Below are positions 1 to 8,575 of a DNA stretch of 64,000 nucleotides, piece after piece. Made by a program: the position numbers and the translations under genes. How positions within the stretch are numbered: position 1 is the stretch's first letter; each line of letters begins with the position of its first letter. The stretch lies in the IMG/VR virus record IMGVR_UViG_3300024353_000008; one strand, given 5' to 3'. The notes under the pieces are model-generated. The model did no database searches. It was not told the DNA's origin and was given only the letters and a program-made list of their open reading frames with translations. The DNA comes from an uncultured virus (IMG/VR IMGVR_UViG_3300024353_000008) (taxonomy: Duplodnaviria; Heunggongvirae; Uroviricota; Caudoviricetes).

Positions 1-127
1 AAGGAGATTGACGAGGTTGCAATGATAGAAAATGTCTCGGTAGCAATGAGACCGACAATGCAACCTATAAAACGAAGGAGATTGACGAGGTTGCAATGAT
101 AGAAAATGTCTCGGTAGCAATGAGACC
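1..127. repeat. 53-bp perfect direct repeat (1-53 and 75-127), period 74 bp
   Basis: aaggagattgacgaggttgcaatgatagaaaatgtctcggtagcaatgagacc occurs twice; it may extend beyond the window edge. Confidence 0.9.
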
Positions 128-161
128 CGGCACCAGCACAGGATAGGGGGGCTTTTGTGTT

Positions 162-494
162 ATGGAAAAAGAGACGATGGCACAGCATAGAGCGCAGACC
201 TTGGTATACCTCGAGCAGAGGCGTCAGGAATCCTTGTGGGGCCAGCAGGATCACAAGGCTACCAGGTGGGCGCTGATTTTGCAAGAGGAGGTTGGCGAAC
301 TTGCGAAAGCGGTGCTAAACGGTGACGCGCACGAGATTACCGACGAGTTGGTCCAGGTGGCGGCCGTTGCACGCACATGGCTTGAATCGACCATGGGAGA
401 TGACGAGTTTTTCATTTGCATGTGCAAACGCCTTTCTGGAAGAGCGCATGGCGCGCAGGCAGAGCCCGCCCCCGCGCCAGAGGAGGGGGAGTAG
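162..494 (+). CDS. MazG-like NTP pyrophosphohydrolase domain protein
   Basis: ILQEEVGELAKAVL...DELVQVAAVA matches the all-alpha NTP-PPase EExxE/DE pattern. Confidence 0.75.
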   Translation: MEKETMAQHRAQTLVYLEQRRQESLWGQQDHKATRWALILQEEVGELAKAVLNGDAHEITDELVQVAAVARTWLESTMGDDEFFICMCKRLSGRAHGAQAEPAPAPEEGE

Positions 495-495
495 G

Positions 496-918
496 ATGAG
501 CGACGTCACCCACACAGAACTTGTCGCCCGTGCCGAGAGGTGGTTACGCGGGACGATGCGCTGCCGGGTTGTCCTGGCCGAGTTCGCTTTTCTCGGGCCT
601 GAGATCCCCGACGCGATAGGGTGGACGAGCCGGTATTCCTACCTGGTGGAGTGCAAAGCCACCCGTGCCGACTTTTTCCATGACGCCAAGAAGCGCGTGC
701 GCCAGTTCCCCGAGTATGGCATGGGCGATTATCGCGTTTTTATGACGCCGCCCGGCCTGGTGACGATTGACGAGGTGCCCGCCGGGTGGGGCCTGGTCGA
801 GGCCCGGCCCACGCAGGTGAGATTTAAGAAGCTATGGGGAACGCACCAGAAAGCCAACACGCGCATGGAAAGGTGCATGCTGGTCAAGGCGCTGGCTTGT
901 GAGGAGGGGGAGGGGTAG
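496..918 (+). CDS. PD-(D/E)XK nuclease-like protein (MmcB-like phage family)
   Basis: PDAIGW...LVECKATRADF..DAKK motif; start reassigned to ATG 496 after an AGGAGG RBS. Confidence 0.65.
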   Translation: MSDVTHTELVARAERWLRGTMRCRVVLAEFAFLGPEIPDAIGWTSRYSYLVECKATRADFFHDAKKRVRQFPEYGMGDYRVFMTPPGLVTIDEVPAGWGLVEARPTQVRFKKLWGTHQKANTRMERCMLVKALACEEGEG

Positions 919-1145
919 CTGATGGCGATCACAATGAGCAGTGTGCCGCCGACGGCCAGGCACCTAACCATAGGTATCAGGACGTCAACGTGCCCCGACT
1001 ATTCCATGCGTCTGATTGGCGTCATGGTGATTTGGAACCGGGGGAAGATCACATTCCACGTCGGCCTGTGGTGGTTCTCCAAGTGGACATGGGCACGCGA
1101 GGAGGACGGGCGCTGGCGGTTGCAGCGGGCAGAGGAGCAGGCCCC

Positions 1146-1174
1146 TTGACACGCGGGGCCGGGTGTGGTAGAAT
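1146..1174 (+). promoter_or_regulatory. sigma70-type promoter TTGACA-17-TAGAAT with extended -10 TG
   Basis: ttgaca cgcggggccgggtgtgg tagaat. Confidence 0.75.
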
Positions 1175-1191
1175 GGGCATATTAACAAACA

Positions 1192-1328
1192 GGCTTTTGA
1201 CAGGGCCTCAACCCACATGCAGAAAGGCGTTTGCACTCGCGCCGTTGGCCTATGGCTATTTACTCCTACATGTGGGGGAGACTGTCAAAGCCAACGGGAC
1301 CAGCGGCACGAGTGGAGACGCTTTTGCA
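1192..1328 (+). ncRNA. structured RNA leader with interleaved A-B-A'-B' complementarity
   Basis: 1192-1219 pairs with 1269-1292; 1218-1250 pairs with 1296-1328 using several G-U wobbles; lies between the promoter and a GGAGGT RBS. Confidence 0.6.
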
Positions 1329-1342
1329 TTTTGGAGGTAGAG

Positions 1343-1729
1343 ATGGATGGCAAATGTCCACCGGCAACAGGGAAGACGAAAACCTATCGCGTGACATACG
1401 AGATCACGGTAGAGGTAAAGATAGATACAAGCCTTGAACCAGATGACGAATGGCGTAGCGTGTTCTACCCTGTTTATGGCCTGGACAAGATGGCAGCCTA
1501 TCTTGGGTGGAATTGCGGCTTGATGAACTTGCAGGTCATTGATGGACTATATGATGAGCAAATGAAAATGTTTTCCTGCTGCGTTGAGGACCAAGAAACC
1601 TACGAGATCGTGGAGATTGATGAGGAGCACGCCTCCGCGCCAGAGGAGGCTCGGCGCTGCCAGCAATGCGGCGAGATTGTGGACGACCACCTGTGCGACA
1701 ATCCAGATTGCGAGCAGGAATGGTTCTGA
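1343..1729 (+). CDS. hypothetical protein with C-terminal Zn-ribbon
   Basis: GGAGGT RBS, ATG 1343; CQQC...CDNPDC. Confidence 0.6.
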   Translation: MDGKCPPATGKTKTYRVTYEITVEVKIDTSLEPDDEWRSVFYPVYGLDKMAAYLGWNCGLMNLQVIDGLYDEQMKMFSCCVEDQETYEIVEIDEEHASAPEEARRCQQCGEIVDDHLCDNPDCEQEWF

Positions 1730-2001
1730 TGAACAAGGCACAGGCCAAACTTTTGCAGCAAGAACTTGACGAGATGCGCTATCAGCGAGACATTTTCCGC
1801 ACCGATATGCACAAAGCAGAGCAACAGCGCATTAAGCAAGAGAGTGCATACAATAAGCTCCTCGAAGCAGTCAGAGCAGTAGACTTGTTTCTTGACTACA
1901 CCCATGCAGGAGAGGGTGAACAAGTCGAGGCGTATAACCATGTGCGATGCTTGATTGTGGAGGCTCTTGCTGCTGCACATCCAGATGCAGGCGAGGAGTG
2001 A
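1729..2001 (+). CDS. hypothetical coiled-coil protein
   Basis: TGATG stop/start overlap with the upstream gene. Confidence 0.5.
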   Translation: MNKAQAKLLQQELDEMRYQRDIFRTDMHKAEQQRIKQESAYNKLLEAVRAVDLFLDYTHAGEGEQVEAYNHVRCLIVEALAAAHPDAGEE

Positions 2002-2389
2002 GAATAAGGGATAGCCTCTAGTAACACAGATATTCAGTTTTTGACGATGAACGACACAGGAGAAATCTGGGGTTGTTCAAGGTATGATAGCTGCAAAGGA
2101 ACAAGGCCAGGAAATTATTCGCTTATAGAGCAAATAGAAAGACTAGAAACGCAAAATGAGCATTTGGAAAAGAGATATACAAACTCTTCTGATGCACTTC
2201 AGAAGATTCTTGCTGAGGCACAAAAAGAAATTTCTGCAACTGGTAGTATGCAGGAAATAACAGACCAACTTGCACTGATCAAAATACTGGCAAGTGAGGC
2301 ATTATAGCCATAATCAAGCAAGAAACAAGCAAGTGACTAGATCAACCACTTCACTCGACAGGTGAACCATTCGACTACAGGAGTTCATC

Positions 2390-3442
2390 ATGCGGTTAAC
2401 AAACGAGCAAGTCAGGAAACAACAGTATTTTCCATTCCTTCTCGGAGACAAGCCTGTCCACATTCCAGTGGATGAGGACGACAAACCAGAGCAACTTGTC
2501 AAAAGTCCGTTCAATCTGGATATGAGCAGACCAGTCCATATTCCCGTTGACGAGGATGAGGAAGATAGACCAAGGAGTCCATTCAAACTTGGAAAGCAAG
2601 TGGACATCTTTGCCAGAGGTTCCTCTCAAACAGAAACAGAATCCATTACCAAGAAAGAACTTCGTCGCTCTCTCTGTGGACACAGGATCGGACAGGAATT
2701 CAAGGTAGAGAGTGGAGAGTATTACAAAGGTACCTATCACTGTGACCTATGGCGTGATGAGTTCTGTCCTCGATGTTCTGCCTGGCGTTCTAAGAAACGC
2801 AAGAGGCAAATCAAGAAAGCATTTGCTGAGGCAGATGCAGATGGACGCACGCTCAAGCGAATCGTCGCAGATAAGAAAGGTGCAAAGTCCATCTGTGCCA
2901 AACTCACGAAAGACGAGTACCAGCGATTGCCACAAGAGGATGGTACGGTCGTCTTTCTCGTGGACAGCGAAAAGGACATTAGTAACACAGGCCAAGTTGA
3001 AGAATTGACCTGGGACGACCTGGACGAGATCGACTGGGACAAGTTGGTACAAACACCTGACAACCAGAGGATCACAGGTGGTCTCGGGAAGAAAGCAAGT
3101 GCACTCGCAGACGACGAGGTAGAGATCAAGGCTCCTCGATTCGTGGTTCATCCTCACACTACAGCGGACCAGGAAATCGAGGCTCTGACGGAAACACTCG
3201 AAGAAACAGCCCATCTCAATCCACAGACAGCAGAGGAACTAGAAGCTGCACTCGAAGAACGCACCAATGTTTTCATTGCCAAACTCAAGAAAGCAGGAGG
3301 CAAGCTGCTACACAGAGTAAGCCATAAGACTATCAAGGTAAGAATAAGTCGTATATCATGGAGAAATAGTTATACGGATTATATGATAGAAGATATGGTA
3401 CATGTAGATAATATGCCCCCCGAGATACCGCTGGTGGCCTGA
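2390..3442 (+). CDS. hypothetical 350-aa protein with duplicated PVHIPVDED..SPF motif and a Cys cluster
   Basis: AGGAG RBS; internal repeat; CG...CDLW...CPRC. Confidence 0.65.
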   Translation: MRLTNEQVRKQQYFPFLLGDKPVHIPVDEDDKPEQLVKSPFNLDMSRPVHIPVDEDEEDRPRSPFKLGKQVDIFARGSSQTETESITKKELRRSLCGHRIGQEFKVESGEYYKGTYHCDLWRDEFCPRCSAWRSKKRKRQIKKAFAEADADGRTLKRIVADKKGAKSICAKLTKDEYQRLPQEDGTVVFLVDSEKDISNTGQVEELTWDDLDEIDWDKLVQTPDNQRITGGLGKKASALADDEVEIKAPRFVVHPHTTADQEIEALTETLEETAHLNPQTAEELEAALEERTNVFIAKLKKAGGKLLHRVSHKTIKVRISRISWRNSYTDYMIEDMVHVDNMPPEIPLVA

Positions 3443-3517
3443 CCCGGCCAAAAACAATCACTAGTACAAGTGAAAGAGTAAGAAAAAGACCTGCTGAAAG
3501 AGGCAGGAGGAGTAAGA

Positions 3518-3751
3518 GTGAGTATGACACAAACCTGCACTAACGATGGTGGAACTACAGACTACTATCAATTTCCCGAAGGCATAGAACAGTTGCAGGA
3601 CTTGATCGAGTATCGCAACATGAACTTTGCTGTAGGCAACATTTTCAAGGCAGCTTGGAGACTGGGACATGGAAACTCTGATACTACAAGGGACTTGCGA
3701 AAGATCATTTGGTTTGCACAACGTGAGTTAAACAGACTGGACAAGGAGTGA
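3518..3751 (+). CDS. DUF3310-like protein
   Basis: YY...QDLIE..MNFAVGNIFKAAWRLG...DLRKIIWF. Confidence 0.75.
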   Translation: MSMTQTCTNDGGTTDYYQFPEGIEQLQDLIEYRNMNFAVGNIFKAAWRLGHGNSDTTRDLRKIIWFAQRELNRLDKE

Positions 3752-3752
3752 A

Positions 3753-4108
3753 ATGACATCCCTATCAGACAGAATGAAGCACTACGAAAGCCAAGAGACC
3801 AGTAGGCGATTTATGCCTATGCTACCAGTTCTCGCTCGAATGGACGGACGGTGCTTTCGTGCTATAACACGTTGGATGGAAAAGCCATTCGATGGAGTAT
3901 TCAGGAATGCCATGGCAAGCGTGGTGTCTATGTGCAGAGAACAAAGACCACCAGAAAGTTTACCACTGACGAGATCGACAAGTTGCCACAACTACACGAG
4001 GCAAGAAATAATCCAGACTTGGAAGTCGAGAGAACCAACGTTCATACGCTGAAAATGCCACCGATTCTACAGGTTGAAAACATCATGGAGCAGAACCAGA
4101 GGAGGTAA
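3753..4108 (+). pseudogene. internally deleted, frameshifted tRNA(His) guanylyltransferase (Thg1-like) remnant
   Basis: N-terminal SLSDRMKHYE...PVLARMDGRCFRAITRWMEKPFD in one frame; C-terminal KRGVYVQR... in another frame; catalytic middle missing; junction near 3915. Confidence 0.7.
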
Positions 4109-4261
4109 ACGATGTGGTTGAATGAACAGGGATTGTCTGAACGGATAGCACCGTATCAGGACGAAGATGGATGGGACGAGCAGATTGTAGACAAGACTAA
4201 CTATTGCCTATCCTGTGAATGCTCGCTCGACCAGTGCACTTGTGGACAGGAGGATTGATAG

Positions 4262-4567
4262 ATGGAAAGATTGACGAGACGAGAGGCAATAAAACTGATT
4301 GCTGTTGCTGGATTTGCTGTATTGCTATCAGTACTGTCAGGCGGGATTGATCCAGAGGAGAAGATAGAACAGTTGGAGCAACCAACAGAGAAACCAGAGC
4401 TAGGGAATGCAGAGAAATACTATTCGGCTACACTAACAAGTGGTGTTCAAGTTCCTGTTTTTCCTGTTTATACGATTACACCGACATTTCCAAGTTTATC
4501 TACAGAGGGCCGCACAGTGATAACCGAAAAGGCTCTGATACAAGCAGCGTCTCAGAGATATGGTTAA
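4262..4567 (+). CDS. small protein with twin-arginine (Tat-like) signal peptide
   Basis: MERLTRREAIKLIAVAGFAVLL; GGAGG RBS. Confidence 0.6.
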   Translation: MERLTRREAIKLIAVAGFAVLLSVLSGGIDPEEKIEQLEQPTEKPELGNAEKYYSATLTSGVQVPVFPVYTITPTFPSLSTEGRTVITEKALIQAASQRYG

Positions 4568-4581
4568 AGACCCTCTTCTTT

Positions 4582-4601
4582 CATTTTCGGCATTTTCGGC
4601 C
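4582..4601 (+). repeat. dispersed CATTTTCGGC-TTTCGGCC repeat, copy 1
   Basis: cattttcggcattttcggcc between convergent genes. Confidence 0.85.
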
Positions 4602-4647
4602 CACTCTCAGATAATTCTTGAAAGAATCTATGTTGGATTATTCTTTC

Positions 4648-4920
4648 TTAGCATTGTACGGCTACAAATAGTTCATGCTTTTTTCTGTCATTGATTCGTC
4701 TGACCGACCAGACAGAAATCCAGCCTGGCATTATATGTCCGTCTCTTGCTGTGGCAGTATCCTCGATCCTGATCTTGAGCCTAATGCTTTCTGCTGCTCT
4801 CAGGTATAGATGTTTCTTGTCTTGTCTGGCATTTGTGATGAAGTATGCCCGGTCAGGATGTGTCTTTGGCAATACTTGGAACAGTATCTGAATGACTAGT
4901 CTACCAAGTCTGATTCTCAT
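4648..4920 (-). CDS. hypothetical protein
   Basis: AAGGAG RBS; part of a leftward gene cluster. Confidence 0.55.
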   Translation of the reverse strand: MRIRLGRLVIQILFQVLPKTHPDRAYFITNARQDKKHLYLRAAESIRLKIRIEDTATARDGHIMPGWISVWSVRRINDRKKHELFVAVQC

Positions 4921-4931
4921 TACTTACTCCT

Positions 4932-5171
4932 TTAGTCATAGAAATATCTCTTTCTGCAATCTGGGCAGATTGTTGTATTGCAGGATGATCCTATACCATG
5001 TTTCATTGCCTCATCTGCTGTTTTCCAACAGGAAACTGGTGGATCGGGCAATGTATGGTCAGTTGCAGCACTGTGTTTATGATTGCAGTGTGGACAGGTG
5101 TGGATAGCAGTGGTGGGACTGTCGGTGTTGGAGTATTCGATGACAAATCGAGTTTCTGTGTCTTTTTTCAT
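4932..5171 (-). CDS. Zn-ribbon hypothetical protein
   Basis: CPHC and CPDC motifs. Confidence 0.6.
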   Translation of the reverse strand: MKKDTETRFVIEYSNTDSPTTAIHTCPHCNHKHSAATDHTLPDPPVSCWKTADEAMKHGIGSSCNTTICPDCRKRYFYD

Positions 5172-5458
5172 TGCTCGTAGAAGAGTTGCTTGGCTTTCCC
5201 TTTTCCCCTATTCTCATAGTGTTCCTTGACCCATTGGTAACTTTCTCTGGGACTATGAGGCAGGTTGTGCGTTCCTTGCTCGCCTAGTTCACGAAACGCT
5301 CTACCACGGGAGATTGGACCAGGGAAACCATACTCGGTGAAATGCCATTGGCAGGCACAGTGTTCTAGCGCATATTCATCAACTTGTTGTGGTAGATTGT
5401 CCTTTATCTCTCCGTTGTGAATCTTCATGACTGTTGTTCCTTTCAGTTGTGGTTTCAT
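5168..5458 (-). CDS. hypothetical protein, probable paralog of 5493-5765
   Basis: shared C-terminus QWVKEHYENRGKGKAKQ vs KWVEEHFRDHGNGKIKQ. Confidence 0.5.
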   Translation of the reverse strand: MKPQLKGTTVMKIHNGEIKDNLPQQVDEYALEHCACQWHFTEYGFPGPISRGRAFRELGEQGTHNLPHSPRESYQWVKEHYENRGKGKAKQLFYEQ

Positions 5459-5492
5459 TTAGCAGGATAGTTGCTAAGTGGTCTTTGTTCTC

Positions 5493-5765
5493 TCATGATT
5501 GCTTGATCTTTCCGTTCCCATGGTCCCTAAAGTGTTCCTCAACCCACTTTTTTCCATCTGCGAGGCCCCACATACTGAGACCATTCTTGTCTATTCCTCC
5601 GATGGTGCGCATGGCCTTGATACGGGTAAGCTTAGGCTTTACGTTGAGGCTGGTTCCGGTGCGCATGCCTTGGGAGATGGTCTCTACCTGTTGTACAGTC
5701 GGGTTCTTCCTACAGGCGACCATCAACTGTAAGAAAACAAAGTACTTGCCAATATGGAATTGCAT
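5493..5765 (-). CDS. protein with ribosomal bL12 C-terminal-domain-like motif
   Basis: KLTRIKAMRTI...GLADGKKWVE resembles KIxxIKxVR..GLKEAKxLVE. Confidence 0.45.
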   Translation of the reverse strand: MQFHIGKYFVFLQLMVACRKNPTVQQVETISQGMRTGTSLNVKPKLTRIKAMRTIGGIDKNGLSMWGLADGKKWVEEHFRDHGNGKIKQS

Positions 5766-5770
5766 GTCAG

Positions 5771-6418
5771 TTACTCCTTTTCTCTATCTGCCTCTGCTAG
5801 TTCTCTCGTTGCTCTTCTTTTGCCACTTGCAATCTTACTGATCGTGCTGATGTTGACATTATACTCTTCTGCTATTGCAGTTCTAGTCTCACCATTTCTC
5901 ACTCGGTGGTAGATTCTAACTGCATCCTCGTTGGAGATTCTCGCGGGTCGATACGTACCTCTAATCTCGTATGGTTCTACAATCGGGCCACCGCACCAGA
6001 TATAGGTCTCACCACGGCAGATACCCGAGATCACATGGATGCCTAAATCATATTCGTGTGCAAGTGTATAAAATGCAGTTCCACTTTTCCTCTTTTCTCT
6101 GATCTCTACTACTTTGTTCTTTGTCAGTTCTGGTTGATATAGTGCCCAGTGCAGATTGTCAAGTCTATTGTCAGACCTATCTCCGTTCTTGCGGTGGCAG
6201 GTATGTCCGGTTGGAGCAGGGCCAACAAATGTTAGGAGAATCAGACGAGCAACATGACATCGGTGCACTTCGTCATTCTTGCACAGTCCAAGTCCTGCAT
6301 GTCCTCTTTCGTCTACGTGCGGACGCAGAATGTGAGGCTTCGAGCGTTTGAAGCTTCTGATTCTGCCATCTGTACTGGCCTCATAGTCGGGAAAGCCAGG
6401 AATAGGTTTCCAAGTCAT
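5771..6418 (-). CDS. NUMOD4-HNH homing-endonuclease-like protein with C-terminal HTH repeats
   Basis: WKPIPGFPDYEASTDGRIRS (NUMOD4); HVARLILLTFVG...NGDRSDNRLDNL (HNH); two HTH modules. Confidence 0.85.
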   Translation of the reverse strand: MTWKPIPGFPDYEASTDGRIRSFKRSKPHILRPHVDERGHAGLGLCKNDEVHRCHVARLILLTFVGPAPTGHTCHRKNGDRSDNRLDNLHWALYQPELTKNKVVEIREKRKSGTAFYTLAHEYDLGIHVISGICRGETYIWCGGPIVEPYEIRGTYRPARISNEDAVRIYHRVRNGETRTAIAEEYNVNISTISKIASGKRRATRELAEADREKE

Positions 6419-6660
6419 TATATCTCCTTCTTGTGCTTGCCTTTCAGTTTTATCCACAGCAACTCTAGCAATGAGAAGCGAATAGTCGCTGCGATAACTG
6501 ATCCAGCAGAGAATATGTGCATATATCCCATTCCGGTGATTTCGTAGTTTCGCTTTTGTTGGATAGCTTGCTGTAGCCCGTGTACGAATTGCTCAATGTT
6601 ACCTGTGAGAATAGAACGCTTTACCTTTTGCCCATTGCTGAGATATAGTGTGATTCTCAT
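6418..6660 (-). CDS. hypothetical protein
   Basis: AAGGAG RBS immediately after repeat copy 2. Confidence 0.5.
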   Translation of the reverse strand: MRITLYLSNGQKVKRSILTGNIEQFVHGLQQAIQQKRNYEITGMGYMHIFSAGSVIAATIRFSLLELLWIKLKGKHKKEI

Positions 6661-6680
6661 TTGGACTCTCCTTCCTCCTT

Positions 6681-6700
6681 CATTTTCGGCATTTTCGGCC
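6681..6700 (+). repeat. dispersed repeat, copy 2
   Basis: cattttcggcattttcggcc. Confidence 0.85.
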
Positions 6701-6884
6701 CGTTGCAAGAAGTACTTTGCAAAGCCTGCTATCGTCCTGCTATCTCCAAGATACAGTAAATGATGCAGGAGATGATGGGTAAAAGTATGCAGATAGCAAT
6801 GGCAATGACAAACAGTCTTCCGAATCGGTCTTCGTCTTTCCAGTTCATCGTGTTAGTCCTCGCTTTCTTGTAGATTAGATGGTA

Positions 6885-7319
6885 TTAGCAATCGAAGAAA
6901 AAGACAAGGCGAAGGTTCCCTGGATCATCTACCAGTTCTGCCATTGCGTCGAGAGTCTTAGTCCAGCCATCGTAGACACCAGCAGACTTAAAGTCATAAT
7001 TCTGCATCTCTGACAATGTGAGCCAAGAATGTGTGTGTCCGTCAGAGTTCCAATCATCGCTTATTGCCTTGACTGGTTTTGTAATGTTACTTGGCAGTCC
7101 TCGTGGTTTTGATACAGGAATAGTGTTAAAGTTGTTGCGTACACCTGCGAGGGCAGCAAAAAGCGCATAATGTCGTAGAATATGGAGTGGGTCGTTTGTC
7201 ATTCGTTCCCAGTCTAAATGAGACTGGTGCTCACCATAGTTGTGCTTCCTTCTCCAGTTGTAGTATTTCCACTGTCCGTCAGCTTTGACCTCGATATAGG
7301 CGTGAATGTCGCATCCCAT
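6885..7319 (-). CDS. conserved phage protein (MGCDIH family)
   Basis: MGCDIH...YALFAALAGVRN...PRGLP...DGHTHSWLTLSE...RLVFFFD. Confidence 0.8.
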   Translation of the reverse strand: MGCDIHAYIEVKADGQWKYYNWRRKHNYGEHQSHLDWERMTNDPLHILRHYALFAALAGVRNNFNTIPVSKPRGLPSNITKPVKAISDDWNSDGHTHSWLTLSEMQNYDFKSAGVYDGWTKTLDAMAELVDDPGNLRLVFFFDC

Positions 7320-7363
7320 AGTTTCATCTCCTTTTTGTCTGAATGACTGCTTATTCTAGCCAG

Positions 7364-7392
7364 ATTATACCACACCTTAAAACATCTGTCAA
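7364..7392 (-). promoter_or_regulatory. consensus sigma70 promoter TTGACA-17-TATAAT (leftward)
   Basis: reverse strand ttgaca gatgttttaaggtgtgg tataat. Confidence 0.85.
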
Positions 7393-7404
7393 ATAACTCA
7401 TACA

Positions 7405-7522
7405 GGCTCTATATCTCTCGAAACTACCTTCTATCTACCTTGTATCACTCTCCTATCTACTCTGTATCTACCCACTATCTACCTACAACTTATTCCATAT
7501 ACTCTCTATATCTATCTTCTAT
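7405..7522. repeat. G-poor tract with iterated TATCT/CTATCTAC motifs between divergent promoters
   Basis: ctatctac, gtatctac and ctatatct repeated. Confidence 0.6.
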
Positions 7523-7551
7523 TTGATTTAAAAGACAATCTGTTGTATAAT
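7523..7551 (+). promoter_or_regulatory. sigma70-type promoter TTGATT-17-TATAAT (rightward, upstream of packaging genes)
   Basis: ttgatt taaaagacaatctgttg tataat. Confidence 0.7.
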
Positions 7552-7630
7552 GTAAGCGTAACCTCCATGTCGAGGGAGGCGAGGGTCGGTACTCCTCTAG
7601 GCTCTCGTCTCCCTAAAAAGAAAGGTATAG

Positions 7631-7876
7631 GTGATGATGATGAAAACTTACCAGGTCACTTTTCAGTGTTATGATAGCGTCGAGCAAGTCAAGGCAGATC
7701 GGTATTACATACCTGATGATAATCCTCACAGTATCGTGACCTTTTATAGAGGTACAGGCGAAAATACTGAATCTGTTGCCACGTTCTTTCTTGCTCCTGG
7801 TGATTACGTCAAGATGATCGAGACAGACAAAGAATGTTGCAAATGCTCTGAGCAAGACCTTTCTACTCAGACCTGA
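7631..7876 (+). CDS. hypothetical protein
   Basis: ORF downstream of promoter and hairpin. Confidence 0.5.
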   Translation: MMMMKTYQVTFQCYDSVEQVKADRYYIPDDNPHSIVTFYRGTGENTESVATFFLAPGDYVKMIETDKECCKCSEQDLSTQT

Positions 7877-8035
7877 CCATGTAGATAACTTGCTTTGCGA
7901 ATACTGCATGCTTATGTCAAGTTGATGATGGGTCGATGAACATAGCTCACTTATGTCAAGTAGAGTCAGTGCAAGATGATGGTGAGTGCAGTGTAGTTAT
8001 ATCAAGTTGATCATACTCCTTGAACTTGGGATGAA

Positions 8036-8575
8036 ATGCCAAAGACAGGAAAGCGTAGAAGTCAGTCTCAGATACTCCGTGATCGAAAGAGGATAGGCGA
8101 ACTATACCTCCAAGGTCGTTATCAACACGAGATTGCCGAAGAACTCGAACTATCGACTGGTACTATATCCAATGAGTTGAAGCATTTGCATAAGGAGTGG
8201 CAAGAATCTGCTGCAACTGACATCGAAAAGAGGAAATCAGAGGAACTATCCAAGGTTGACAACCTCGAACGCACCTACTGGGAAGGTTGGCTTCGATCCT
8301 GCGAGGATGAAGTCACTACCACTGAACGATTCTTCGAGGTCGATGGTGAACAAAAGTCGGAGACTACTGTCAAAACCAAGCCACGAGATGGCAGTACAAA
8401 GTTCCTCGATGGTGTGGATAAGTGTGTCAAGCAACGCTGCAAGATACTCGGTATCGAAGCACCTACTGAGCATGAAGTAGGTCCACGACTTGGAACGGTT
8501 CTGGCTGCACTGCCTGATACACTAAAGTCCGGTGTGATGGATGTGTTGAGTGGGAAGGTAGAGGAGAAGAAGTGA
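8036..8575 (+). CDS. terS: terminase small subunit (HTH)
   Basis: N-terminal HTH (ELYLQG..QHEIAEELELSTGTISNEL), RCKILGIEAP motif, position upstream of TerL. Confidence 0.7.
   Translation: MPKTGKRRSQSQILRDRKRIGELYLQGRYQHEIAEELELSTGTISNELKHLHKEWQESAATDIEKRKSEELSKVDNLERTYWEGWLRSCEDEVTTTERFFEVDGEQKSETTVKTKPRDGSTKFLDGVDKCVKQRCKILGIEAPTEHEVGPRLGTVLAALPDTLKSGVMDVLSGKVEEKK

Noticed and set aside
1..127. CRISPR array
   Set aside because: Only two 53-bp copies with a 21-bp gap and no cas genes; the lengths are atypical.
2041..2307. Topoisomerase-type Zn-ribbon gene
   Set aside because: Only the second half (WGCSRY..CKGT) is visible and the start is unclear; at most a remnant.
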